A stretch of 64,000 bases of DNA from Psammoneis japonica. Taxonomy: Eukaryota. The DNA is taken from contig QPGO01000155.1 of the NCBI GenBank assembly GCA_008632985.1, positions 62,001-126,000 on the forward strand. Reading direction: 5' to 3'. Under the pieces are notes generated by a model. The model did not search any database. It saw only the letters and a list, made by a program, of their open reading frames with translations, and was not told the DNA's origin. Positions 37,187 through 49,028 of the stretch are shown here, one piece after another. Positions within the stretch are counted from its first letter, which is position 1. Every line of letters begins with the position of its first letter. The position numbers were made by a program, and so were the translations under genes.

Positions 37187-40100
37187 ACGCAAACAAGGCA
37201 GCAGCAAAGGGAAGCGAGGATTCGCCTGCGATGTCAAGGGACAATGGAATGAAAGCTCTTGCCAAAGCAGCTGTTGTGGCTTCCCGAGAAGAGAATGAGG
37301 AAATCCGGTTGTCACAGGAGGAGAACAACCACAATTCCCAGGAAGAAGATGTGGAAGAAGAGGAGGAGGAAATGCCAGAGGAAATGCAGACGTCAGAGGA
37401 GGACAAGGAAGCTGTGAGTTCTAAGGAAATGGACAATGATGCTTCTCAAGGGAAGAAAGATGCGGGTTCTTCACCAAAATCATCAAAATCCAAGGAGGGG
37501 GACATTCAACACATTCCCACCAAGCTCCGGTTTTTCGTGAATGCAATCAAACATGACATGTCAAAGCGTGTGCGGGACAATGTCCACCGCACTTGTCCCT
37601 TGTTTGCCGTGGTCAACCCAAGCACAGAACCAAAATCACTGACTGCGCTGGCAAATTCTGGACGCGGGCCGAACAATCGCGGGAAGAAATGCATTTTGTT
37701 GCATCACAACCAGAAGGGGTTGTCATCCGACTTCGGCAAAGAAGCAAGTAAAAAAGCAAGGGCAGCTGTAAAGGATTTTCTTCTTCGTGAATTTAATCAA
37801 GAAAACGAAGGCGACATTGTCGACTTGTTGAACAACAAACACACTCACATTTTGGGAATTTGTGCAATGCCAAAAAATCAAGAAAGCGGCAAACTGGCAA
37901 CTGATCTTGTCACTGCATTGTTGCATCGGTGCATTGAATTGGTGCCAGCAACAATTGTTGACTGTGTTCGAGTCGACAGAGGAGCCAAAGTCCACAACCA
38001 TGGGTTGTGCCCCTTCCTGATTAGCCTGGCTCAATCTGTCGGCTGCACGGTTGTTGGCACTTGGGGCACAATGCTGCATTGTCAAGTCAAGCTCAAACAA
38101 TGCTGCTGTGATTTTGAGGACATCACAGAGAAAATGAGTGAGGAGCCCTCTTGGGAAAGAGCAAGACACCATTGGAATTGGAATGCTTTGATCAAAGAGG
38201 ATGGAGATGACACCAGGGCACTGATGGTGAAACGCAGAGTCACCACACGTTGTGCAAAAATTGCGTTGCCCATCTCTCACACAGAGGATGATTTCCAATG
38301 CAATGTAAAACATTGGCGAGATCGTGTTGGGTTCTGGAGCAGCAAGAAGAGACCCGCCGATCAATGCCAAGATTTGGTGGATCAAGAGAAAGACCTCATC
38401 TACAAATCGTCAGTGGCGATGGTTGGCAATGCGACACTGGATTCTTTTAAAGATTCCTGGCAAAAACACATGGATGGACGCCAATGGTTTGACATTGGAA
38501 AGTGCATTTACGAATCCCACGAATGTTGCGTGGGTGCAAGTGATGCCAACCAAGTTAAGTCACATTTCGAGACAACGGCTTTGTTTGCCGCAAGCGTCAA
38601 TTTCTCCTGCCAAATGAGCGAATTGGCAAATGATGAAACATGGAAAAGAGCGGCGTTTCAATCGAGGACTTCCGAGCTAGCTCAAAGAGCGAAATGTGTG
38701 AGGGGCAAGTTCAACGCAACTGCAGAGTCGGGAACTGACAACCGGAAGTGTGTTCTCAACCCCAAGTGTTGCCAACGGAGTCGGAGCGATTCAGATGAAG
38801 ACATGGAAATGGAAATGCCTTCAGGTGAAGATGGAGCCACATGTCAACTTCTTGAAAGCATCTGTTTGAAGTGCAACACGCGCAACATGGTGTTTCCCAT
38901 CGATTACAACCAGGAAGATCAAGGTGGACTGTCACCAGCAGCAACTTTGTTTTCAGCGCTTACGGGACCTTGCTGTGATCATGCAATGTGTGTTCCGGGC
39001 AAGTGCCCCATTTGCACTGCACAAAGCAAAAGTGCAGTGTACGAACTGCTGGTTGGTGCTGCACAAGAAGACAGAGAAACTCTGAAGGACCTAGAGAAAC
39101 GCCAAGTGCGGTTGAACAAAAAGGATTTCTTTCTGCCACCTTTGCGACACATTGCAATTTGGTGCAAAGAAGCGGAACAACTGCATTGGCACCAGATCAA
39201 TCGGTTGTTCCGACAATGTCGTTTTACAGAGCTGGCGAAGGAGGCGATGCTTGACAAAAAATTCTCTGCCAGGGGAAACAAGAGAGAAAAGAAGGAACCG
39301 AAACCACAAGAGGGAGATGGTGACCTAGAGGAAGAGGAGTCCGAATCGGAACCAGAAGATCAAGGTCTCCTTGTGTCACAAAGAAAAGTGTTGTCTGCTG
39401 GGGACAAGAAATGTCAAGATCTACGTCATGAGGCGAGGATGCACTGTGAGGATGCCAAAGAATTGGAACGGCTGCATGGTTTTGAGTGGGTCGATCGGGC
39501 CACACGGCCGGATGAAAGTGAGGTGCCAGGTGATGCTGTTGATCATGAAGGACCAGTTTTGTGTGGATGGTTCGAAGATTTCAAGCACGGCAGAACATTT
39601 GCTGAAGACTGTTTTGGAGTGACGAATGACAAGGACATTGGAGGAGGGACGATGAACCTTGTTCGAGCTGCAATTGAGGAAGCTAAAAAGAAACCTAACA
39701 CAAGAGTGAGTTTCAATGCTGGACAAAAGAGGCAAATTGGCAAAAGAGCTGATCACGCAACAAACAATTGTCAGGTTCACAAAGTGAGACGGCTGACAGC
39801 AAAGGAGCCAACGAAGGAGGGGCTTGTAGCCGATGATGATTTTGAAGGTCCGGAGGGAACGCCAGCATTCGTGGGGGTTGGCACAAGGAAGAAACCGCAC
39901 TGTTGTGCCATGGAGTGGGCAAGAGCCAATTTTCAGCAGCGATGTCCCACAGTGCACAAGGCCATGTGTGATTGGGAACCAGGGAAGAAATGGTGCAGAC
40001 TGCCGGAGGGTCACGTGTTGGATAAAAGCGGGCTGGAATTTCCCAGCTCGGGACCCCCAGTCAAACATCAACAAGGGGAGAAAGACACGTGCGTGTTTTC

Positions 40101-40586
40101 GAGCCTGGCAGTGTCCTAAATTACATTGGAGATGAAAGGATGGAGCGACACATTGTGAATTGCATGGATCATTCTTGCAGATCAGAGAACACCAACAACA
40201 AACGGTTGGAGTTCGCCATTGGCATGTTGTTGGGACAAAAGCAGAAGCTTTGTCCTCCACTGGCTACATCAATGAAGTGGCGTGCATGCAAGAAGCGTCA
40301 GAAAATGGCAGCTGGCAAGAGGGGATTCTTCGATTTGACCACCTACGTTGCCGATGACATCGTTCTTTGTCGGTTGACAAACAATCACTGCACTGCTTTG
40401 CATGGTGGTTGGATCTTCGACTCCAATCATGAATTTGCTCTTCCGGCAAAAGACATTCAGTGGTTGAATTGGTGTTTGGGGAATGACACATTTGAAACAG
40501 ATGCACTGGCAGAAGATCCAAAATCAGCAGTGGAGGAAGCAGTTTTTTTTCGAAATGCCGAAGGCTGTCCAAACAAGGTTGCGTAA
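36976..40586 (+). CDS. Transposon cargo ORF: acidic N-terminus, possible GNAT-like region, C-terminal papain-like C-H-D domain (frameshift near 40110)
   Basis: 1047-aa ORF continued by ORF 40089-40586. TCVFSSLA...HCTALHGGWIFDSN resembles a Cys/His/Asp triad fold. VDCVRVD..HNHGLCPFLISLAQ weakly resembles GNAT motif A. Domain calls are inference. Confidence 0.5.
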
Positions 40587-40616
40587 ACGCAAGCGGCAAG
40601 ACAATGCAATTGCAGG

Positions 40617-41990
40617 TCAACTCTTCTTGCTTGGCATGGTTGTCGGGGCCAACGATTTCCAGGCATGCAGGCGTTTGCAAGTCACCAATGTTTTGCTGAC
40701 AAGCCCGGCCTTTTCTGCAGCACGCAACAGTTGGCACGTTTGCGGCAGTGTGTGAGGCTTCCCACCAAGGACATTCATCATGAGCCCCTTAGTTTGAAAA
40801 CACGTGCCCGCGGGTTGATCCGCAAAATGACTGAGCAATTTACATGTGCCGCTCATTTCCTCGTCCGTGTGCGGGTGTGCGTTTAACCAACAGCGGCATC
40901 CATCAACAATGCATTGGCTCACAAGAGGCTTCGTCCACTGATCGTGCTTTTGGACTTTCACGTTGTCCAATGGGGCGGCGCAAAGCAAAGGAAGGAAACG
41001 ATTCTTGGTCGCTGGCATCAGATCACTTCGTTTCACAGGAGCAAACACAAGCAAGCCACTGCCCCACGCATCTTGCTCTGTCACTTTGAGTTTCTTTGGG
41101 ACAGTTTGTCGATGCTCGGCTGTGAGATAAAACTGTGAAGTTGCAGTCTTCCATGTCATGATAATTTGTTTACAATCCATGCCCGTGGAGGTGCCACGAT
41201 TGGGAAGAGATGATGTCATGCTGCAAAACCAATTGCAATGATCGGGTTTTGCTAAAACCATGCCAGCTTGCAGCCATTTGCCCATGGTGACACAGGCAAC
41301 AGCATCAACAAAATGCTTGGGTTTAGCCAGGCATGACAGCATGCATCCACTGCGTCCGCCCGTCACAATTTCGTCAACAACAATCTTAAAGGAATTGTGG
41401 TGAGCCAACCGACCGAGAGATTCTAGAAAGTTGTCGCTGAGTGTTGCACCATTGTTTGCCAGCATCAATTCTAAAAACAATGCAGTGATTGGCACCTTCT
41501 TTACAGCCTGCATCAAACAACGGAGATGAATGTGGTTGAGACAATCGTTTTCGCACTCACTGAGCTCCGCGGAGCTCAGAGTGCCTGGTGTGTGATGCGG
41601 CAGCGCAATGGTGTGATTGCGTGCACAAGAGTTAAACACGTCGTCCGGATGCATTGCCGCGCTCGGACCATGTTCTGCACTGAACGTGCTGGCAGTCCAA
41701 CAGTGGACAGGCCCATGATCACCGGCCACATAACTTCCACATGCAATCAAACATCCGTCGTTGTGCCCTCCCGTCACAGAATTAATTGCAAACAAATTTG
41801 CATCGGAGCCGTTTGGCATCACTTTGTACAGCAGCAATTCACCATCAAAGTGACGAAAAATGACTTCTTCTAACTGCTTGTGATGGCCGATGTCCATGGA
41901 AGAATTCATCAAATCTTCGCCATTGCGTTTTAAGCCACGCAGGCTAACGGCAACCAAATTGCACCCCCAATTGTTTGCCATGTCGTCCAT
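40617..41990 (-). CDS. Class-III PLP-dependent aminotransferase-like protein (transposon cargo), possible C-terminal winged helix
   Basis: Motifs NGSDANLFA, GSYVAG, LFLELMLANNG, VVDEIVTGGRSG (class-III DExxTGxGRxG) and VTMGKWL (PLP lysine). Confidence 0.8.
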   Translation of the reverse strand: MDDMANNWGCNLVAVSLRGLKRNGEDLMNSSMDIGHHKQLEEVIFRHFDGELLLYKVMPNGSDANLFAINSVTGGHNDGCLIACGSYVAGDHGPVHCWTASTFSAEHGPSAAMHPDDVFNSCARNHTIALPHHTPGTLSSAELSECENDCLNHIHLRCLMQAVKKVPITALFLELMLANNGATLSDNFLESLGRLAHHNSFKIVVDEIVTGGRSGCMLSCLAKPKHFVDAVACVTMGKWLQAGMVLAKPDHCNWFCSMTSSLPNRGTSTGMDCKQIIMTWKTATSQFYLTAEHRQTVPKKLKVTEQDAWGSGLLVFAPVKRSDLMPATKNRFLPLLCAAPLDNVKVQKHDQWTKPLVSQCIVDGCRCWLNAHPHTDEEMSGTCKLLSHFADQPAGTCFQTKGLMMNVLGGKPHTLPQTCQLLRAAEKAGLVSKTLVTCKRLHAWKSLAPTTMPSKKS

Positions 41991-42672
41991 GGCGTCGTTT
42001 GGGATTGTTCAATGCGCAAAAGAGCAAGATGCAAGATTCAAGAAGAGTCCCAAAAGATGATTGGATGGAAAAGAGGGGAGGGATCGCAGTTCTGTTGATG
42101 GGCTTACGCAGCGCAGAGGATTTGTGAAAATGAGGTGGAGCAACGCATGTGCTCTCAATCACCAAAGCGCAAAACACGTGCATTCTGCTACACTGCGCAT
42201 TTGCAGACAAGCCCTGTGCGCAGGGCCCCACACATGTTCCACACGCTGAAAGAGCAGCACGCGCGCGCGCATGCACTCCCACCCAATCGTGTGATTGCAC
42301 AATGCATTTCATTCAACAACGTAGATGAAGCGAGCACTTTAAAAAAGAACACACATGAAAAATCAAACTTCAATTGTGGAAAATCATACATTCAAAAGTG
42401 AACCAATGAGAACCCAATTTTTGTTTGAGGAAAATTTTGTTTCAAATGGGAGGAAAGAACAATCTTCTTAACACAACAGGTCGACATGGTTGTCAATGTT
42501 CATTTCAGAACAACAATGCTTGATTGAAACAATGAAAAATGCAGAAAAGAAGAAACTGAACAATTCAAAAACCGTGCAATGAGAACATGCAACCGTGACT
42601 TTGCAATTGTGCCAAACAGATTCGGCTCGTCCCGGACCATCCACAAGCATAAAAAGCGATTAGAAGTCGAAA

Positions 42673-45600
42673 ACACAATGACGAATTCATTTCATCAGAC
42701 ACAGGTGTCGGTCGTCAGCCTTGATCTTACAAACACATCGAGGGCAAACACTTCAACAGAGGGAAACACAACCCCGTCAAGGACAGATGTTGCAATGGCG
42801 GGGAACACAGGTGGGTGCATTTGAAATCGAAGTGTGCGTTTGGAAGCTGACATTGTGATCTGACATGCAGTGGGAAGCTTCTGTGACAAATCCAGGGGAA
42901 AAAAAACAGCACCCAATCGTCCATTGGATTGTCCAAGAGACTTTTTCCATCCGACGACAGGGGCCAACCCCACAAGACCAGAGGATGCTGCTCTTTTGTG
43001 GTCATGCCGAAAGGCACGTCCACAACTTGGTGAGGTGGAGACGGTGCCGCCCAATGGCAAGAAGATGCTTCAAGAGGTGGCACAAATCTGGTCGTCCCTT
43101 CGACAACACGTCATGACTCAACACCTGGAGGGCTGTCGGAAAAATGCAATGGACAAGGAAGTGGCAATGCCATCAACAAACACCAATCCCGTCACAACAG
43201 AAGACTTCAAAAACATTCTGGCAAGCATGGACAACACAACCAAGAATCAGCAGCTCGTGCATCAAGTTTTCCACGCCTTTCATCGCAACAGAGGATGGCT
43301 GTCTGCTGCCATTGACAAATGGTTCACAGCAAACAACATGAAGCTCATGCCGCACGCCACGGACGCTTCCAGCAAACCTCGCAAAATGTGTCGCAATGAC
43401 AGAGGCGGGTTTGCTGTGGTGGCACGCCAAGCCAAATGTCAAACAATTAAAACGTTTGTGGAGTTTGTGCTGCGGAAAGCAGGCTGGTGTGTGGCAACTA
43501 CAATGCACAAGAGCAACAAGGAGAATGGAGGTAAAACACATGTGGCCGTCCCCGCTGCAACCAATGCGGAAACAACAACCAAAGCAAAGTTTTACGTTGT
43601 GTCGATGAAACCAGTGGCGGTGAGTTAGTCGCACATTGTTTGTTTGTCCTTTTGTTGACAATCTTGTTTGGTTGACGACTTCGTTCCCATTTCCGGTCCT
43701 TGACAGCAGGAGGAGAACACCGAAGCATCAAAACAAGTTGCTCAGGGAGCATCCAGCAAAGACATTGACATTGCATCCCTTGTGGACCTTGCGAAAACAG
43801 CAAGCATGTTGTCAGAACAAATGGGAGTTCCGCTGTCCAAGGAAGATTTGCTCCAGTCGATTCGTGGCAGCATGACAGTCACCAGTTCATCCCAAATGGT
43901 CAACGAAGAGATTGTGCTTGATCCGCAACATGAGTCCGAAACTCAGGTGTCAACACTGACCATGGACACCGCGCTAAATTGCCCATCCGAACCAACGGCA
44001 AAGCGGAAGTTAACCAAGAAGGAGAAGGAGGCAGAGCAAATTCCTCGTCGGGAGCGCAATGATGAACTAGAACCCCTCACCATGGATTTGGATGTCATTG
44101 ATGGTTGGAATTCCAATGACGAAGAGTTGGCAGAAATGGTGTCACAGGTGACTGTGTGATTTGGTGGTCCAATTGCTGTGGTGTTGGATGGCTCTAACCA
44201 ACTTCCGCTTTGATGCCTTGTTTGGCTTGTCAGACACAGTTGTCTGGGTCCCCTTGTTGCAGGACGGAACAAGAGCCCGGGAACGCTCCAGCGGCAGAAA
44301 AATGTTGTGTCATGCGGCTGAATTGCACGTCGCTCACACCACTGTTCTTCATGCAAAAGGTTGATGAGATGGACGAGCCAACTGGTGCAAAAGAAAAGGT
44401 GAGAGCATTGTCGGTGCTCCAGCTGTCAATTTGGACTGTTGCTCTAACAGCTCTTTGGCCTCATTGGGTTGCTGGATGCCACACCAAACCATCCCAGACA
44501 GTTGAAACACTGGAGCGAGCACAAAAAAAACAAGTGAGTGAACAGAGTTCTGAGGCAGAGCGCGACACATGGATTGGATTAACCAATCACACTGCTCCTG
44601 CTGTTCTTTATGACCAGGCAAATGAGGTGGTTGACAGTGGCAATGATGAAAAGGTGAGAGCAATGTCGGTGCTCCAGTTGCAAATGAAACAATTGCTCTG
44701 ACCACTTTGGGGCGTCATTGCTGGATGCCAGACTCAACCATCCCCAGTTGCTGAAATGCCAGAGAGAGCACCACAGAAGACGGTGAGATCACATTGTCTT
44801 GCAGCCAATTGTGCAATTCATCGGACACGTCTCACACAGCCATTGTTGTTTGCAATGAGAAAGGTCGAAGAGACAATGGCAAATGGCGCAAATGAAAAGG
44901 TGAGAGCATTGTTGGTGCTCCGGATTGCCATTGAGAAGTTGATCTAACGGCATTCAATGTGTGTCATGATGGCATTTCTTTTGCAGACTCAACCAGCCAA
45001 CCACTCTAAACCATTGTTAAATCCATTGCAAAACAAAGTGGTGAGAATGCATGATGAAGTCGTGTGGATTGTGCGCAGTGTCTTGGAAACATCACCTCTC
45101 ACTTTGTTGTTTGTTTGCGACAAAGACAAAGACAGCAAACAACAAACGCACACACAAAACTGCAACACTCGTTGTGGCTCAAGTGGATCAAACAACTGCT
45201 TGCAATTCGCAGGCATGGAGCAAACGTCATTGTTGATTTGGCACGCCTGTTGTTGTGTTGTCTTGTTCACGCACGCAAACCAATTGTGTTTGTTTGTTTG
45301 TGTTTGCAGTGCAAGTGCGAGGAGGCTCACTTGTTCCATGCCTTGGTCCATCAAGATGACGGAAAATGGTTTTGCTCAAGCGCACTTCAAAACCAACCCA
45401 CTGTTCCCCACAAAGTGCTGTGGCGAAAAGTGTGATGTTGTTTTTGGATCAAGCAGTTACAAGGTTGGACAAAGAAAGGCAGTTTGGGTTTGCATGAACG
45501 CATTGAATGGTTCTTGCAATTGCAGGTTTGCATTGTGTGTGCAGTGTCATCAAAAGACCATGTCAGCTGCATCTAACAAACGGCGCCGAAGGACAACCCG

Positions 45601-45720
45601 AAACAACAACAACAAACAACAAGGCAACGCAACACATGCGCACGACGCAATGACACACAATTGCTTGGGATTGATTTCACCGGCACAGTCAGGGTTCGGC
45701 GGATGTGTTTGTTGACAGAG
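42673..45720 (+). CDS. Multi-exon transposon cargo gene ending in a Cys-rich Zn-finger-like domain
   Basis: Successive + ORFs separated by intron-like segments (e.g. donor gtgagt at 43620). Three imperfect ~250-bp repeats (gaaaaggtgagagca at ~44393, ~44648, ~44894). Terminal CCGEKC...VWVC...CRFALCVQCH. Exon structure uncertain. Confidence 0.45.
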
Positions 45721-46196
45721 TCAATCGAAGCACAGCTTCGTAAATGACAGTTGTTCAGAGCATCAGCAAATTTGTTCATAGTTGTGATCTGTTTAAATGG
45801 AGAGGCTGTCGTCGTCCGTTGTTCATTCAGAGCTTTGCTCTAGTTAAATGTCCGTTGTTTTTCAGAGCTTTGCTTAATTAAATGGAGATTCCACGGGCAT
45901 CCAAACATTATTCAGAGTCGTGCTCTGATTGAATGGACACAATCACAGCAGCGCTCTGAATGTCAGCACAATGCTCTAATTTACAAATTGATGCTCTGGA
46001 TACAATGCTCTAAATAAAATTCTATGGCTCCGAATAACCAAATTTACTCTGATTGTGCTCTGCGTGGGCGTTATCGCCTTAATTAACTCTTATTTGCTCT
46101 GAATGTCCCACATTGTGTCGGGATAATTTAAAAATAAAGCGTTGCTCAGAATAAAATATTCGGAGCATAAATGAAGAGAATCTCATCTGCAGTGTA

Positions 46197-46866
46197 GCTT
46201 GATGGATGGTTCAGCGCAGAACAAAATCAGCGACGATTTACTTTTCATCCAAAGTGAATATTTCGGCCATCCATCATATCTTCGATTGAATGGGAGACTG
46301 GTCGGCATTCTTCATAATACCCGCTCCGTCTTTGGGGAAGGTTTTGACCATGGTGTGTTTTAAAATGCTCCGCAATGCCTTGAGTGACGATATCTATTTC
46401 ATAGCAGATGAACGTTTCTTTGGCAACGGTAATGGCGATCCTTCAACATCGGCTAATGGTATGCACCTTCTCTACGGAACACCGATGTTTTACGCATACA
46501 CAGCCTTCAATGTGTTTCAGAATGTGCGAGTAAGGCCGGGTGAGACGGCGTCAGGATTACAGGCTCCGCTAAGCCATGCCCATTTTCCACGGGTGGGCGA
46601 ACAACCCGCTCTTTTTTCCAAACGTCCTGTCCATGTACCACGACTTTCGGGGTGAGGAGCCCTACCTTTTGCGGCAATAACAGGCTGTATCGCTCTTGCC
46701 CAATCCGACAGTTAGTAGTGTGCCGAATCTAGTCTTCGTCACGTCATTCAACGAGTGGTGGGAGGGCAGTCAGATTGAGCCTGACAACCAAAATCGCTAC
46801 GGTTTTGGCTTTATTGACACCTTTGCTCGATTCAAGGATACAGTGGACTTTAATGGCTACTTCTGA
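46197..46866 (+). pseudogene. GH99/GH71-like glycoside hydrolase, 3' part, frameshifted
   Basis: YFGHPSYLRLNGR just right of the transposon end and LVFVTSFNEWWEGSQIEPD (GH99-type catalytic motif) at ~46730-46785. Frameshifts and stops lie between them. Confidence 0.75.
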
Positions 46867-46959
46867 TGTCAGGACAGTGCTCCTCCGTGAAACGATGATC
46901 CATAGATGATCTCAAACGACAGTGCCACTCAAGAGTGGGTTAGTTTTGGCATACTTTGC

Positions 46960-47930
46960 CATGAACGATTTGGACCTGCGGATTCTCTCTTCCTGCCTCA
47001 CCAAGTTGTGTTCGAAGGCTGCCGATGTTCCTCAAATGGACCTATTGGTGATTAAGAAAATGTCATCCGATACGCTGCTTATCATGTGCGGTGTAGTCAT
47101 AATGGCCGAGGCCAGCTTTTTAGCTCAGCGTCCCGCCGCCGCTGATTGTTCAGGACGCATTACACTATGCTACCGAGCGCTATTGGACCCTGATGCTTGT
47201 CTTTTATACTCAAGGATACTCTCTTAAACGATGGCAAAGACGCTCAAGGAGAAAGAAATCAAGGATGCTTCGGCCGACGGCACGGACGTCACAGGCAAAC
47301 TCGTCACGGCACAGCCTCACGAACGTGCCACTGGGTACGAGTATGCCGTAAACAAGGTGGCCATTTCAACCTCGTTTCCCGCCTTGTTGGGTTTTCTCAA
47401 TAACGTTGTCGAGTCGACCAACAAACGTTGCTTCACTCTGCACGACACGTCGGAAACGGGAAGTTTCCTTGCCGCCAACCTCTACGCAAAAAGGTAACAC
47501 AGTGCTTGTTCTCTATGCGTGCTTGTCGATTGTTTCCCGGTTTGTGTTAGTAGTGTCTGTTAAAACCGGGAGAGAGAAACTTCTCGCGAAACTGTCAGTG
47601 CCGACAAGGTGCCTTGCGACGCATTCAGCAGTATGGCAAGCACGAGAGCGTGCCCGAATGGGATCAGTCCTGCCTTACTTGTGCCTTTAGCGCAATAATG
47701 TATCATGTCTATTTGCTGATGCAACTCGAGTATCGTTGTCTTTGAACCGTTGACTAACACAAGCGTGCTTTTGTTGTTTTTGTGGTGTCCTTAGCGAAGA
47801 TGCGCTTGTCCATGTTTCGGTCGAGAAGAAGGACGACAACGACGGCAAGTTTGCTGGGTACATACGGATTCGTTTCAAGACACAAGGTGTTCCTCTGAGT
47901 TTGCAGAGATCCATGCTCGAAGCCAAGTAG
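46960..47930 (+). pseudogene. Coatomer beta-subunit (beta-COP) partial/degenerate copy
   Basis: FLAANLYAK...EDALVHVSVEKKDDNDGKFAGYIRIRFKTQGVPLSL matches the beta-COP C-terminal platform motif. Upstream SCLTKL..GRITLC resembles the trunk end. The N-terminal trunk and much of the appendage are missing. Confidence 0.7.
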
Positions 47931-49028
47931 TAAACAAACGATTGGGATAGAGAACACAAAGTATTTTCTGGACTCGAAATAACACTTCTTTAGCATGACA
48001 CTGCATGAACTAGCACTACCGGTATGTATTGATACTCTCTTGAGGCTTCTCTGCTTTTAACGTTTCCCTGGCTACTACTACTGTAGTTTAATCGTTTCCT
48101 TGAATCAATCAGGAACGGGCCGTCTCAAAAAGAAAAGAATCGAGAGACAGGGCAGCATGTGGATCAAAACAAGATTCATTGGCTACTGCCGGTGTCGATT
48201 GCTTCCTTGATTCCAATCAGGACGGGCTGTATAAAGAAAAACCCGTGAGGCTGGGCAGTATGTGGATCAAGCATCTAGCAATACATACCGTGTGGTTGGT
48301 GATAGCAAGTTGTATGGGGGGACCCAATTGAACGAGATTTGAATGAAAAGCCACTACATGAATAAACAAGTTCTAAATACATTTATTCTAGACGCCACAG
48401 AATGTTTTCCATCGTTTATTACCAAGGAGAGGAGCCGCTATCCTTCCTGGCGCATAGAAAGAATCATTCCGTGACGCCAATACTTTTACCTTAGTCTATC
48501 ATTTTCATTCTTCCACAATTCATTCTCAGCGTCCGAAATAAGTAAGGGTTTGATTCATTGACTACCGCGGGTCTCGAGCAAATACAAACAGAGTCGCCAT
48601 ATCGTTGAAGCACCAATCATGCCTGGCACACATTTTGTTTCGGAAAACACAAGTCGCGGGGCGGGACCCACTGTTACTTGAACCTTGGTACTTCAACAAA
48701 GACTGACTGCCGCATCGTTCAAGTCGGGTGATCGAACCGGTGTGAGGGTTTTTTTCATGTCGACAAAATGAAGATGAAAAGCAATGTCAGTAAACAAATC
48801 TCGAACAAAACGGAAAATAGACACGAAGTTGACTTACATTGGGGGAGCAATCAGATGTAACGTAGCACAACGAGCGCACCCCATGGTATTTGAATAGCAC
48901 GACAAACTCGTGCAATGTTGGCGAGTCTTTGATGCGCACAAAAGGCTGCATTGTACCGTGAAATGGAATCGAGAGATGCCCCCATGCATGCTCGATTTCA
49001 AAGGGTACAACATGAGCAGTTAATGAGT

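Larger units (their letters stand above)
27902..46194 (+). mobile_element. Giant (18.3 kb) CMC/EnSpm (CACTA-like) DNA transposon with cargo genes
   Basis: Termini CACTGCAAATGAGAATC (27902-27918) and the reverse complement of CACTGCAGATGAGATTC (46178-46194), 15/17 identical. TA on both flanks (27900-27901, 46195-46196). Many subterminal TGCTCT/CAGAGC motifs in both orientations at both ends. EnSpm/Plavaka-like transposase inside. Confidence 0.85.

Noticed and set aside
48095..48270. Short imperfect duplication (also ~15140-15310)
   Set aside because: Two degenerate ~70-100 bp copies with no structure suggesting function.
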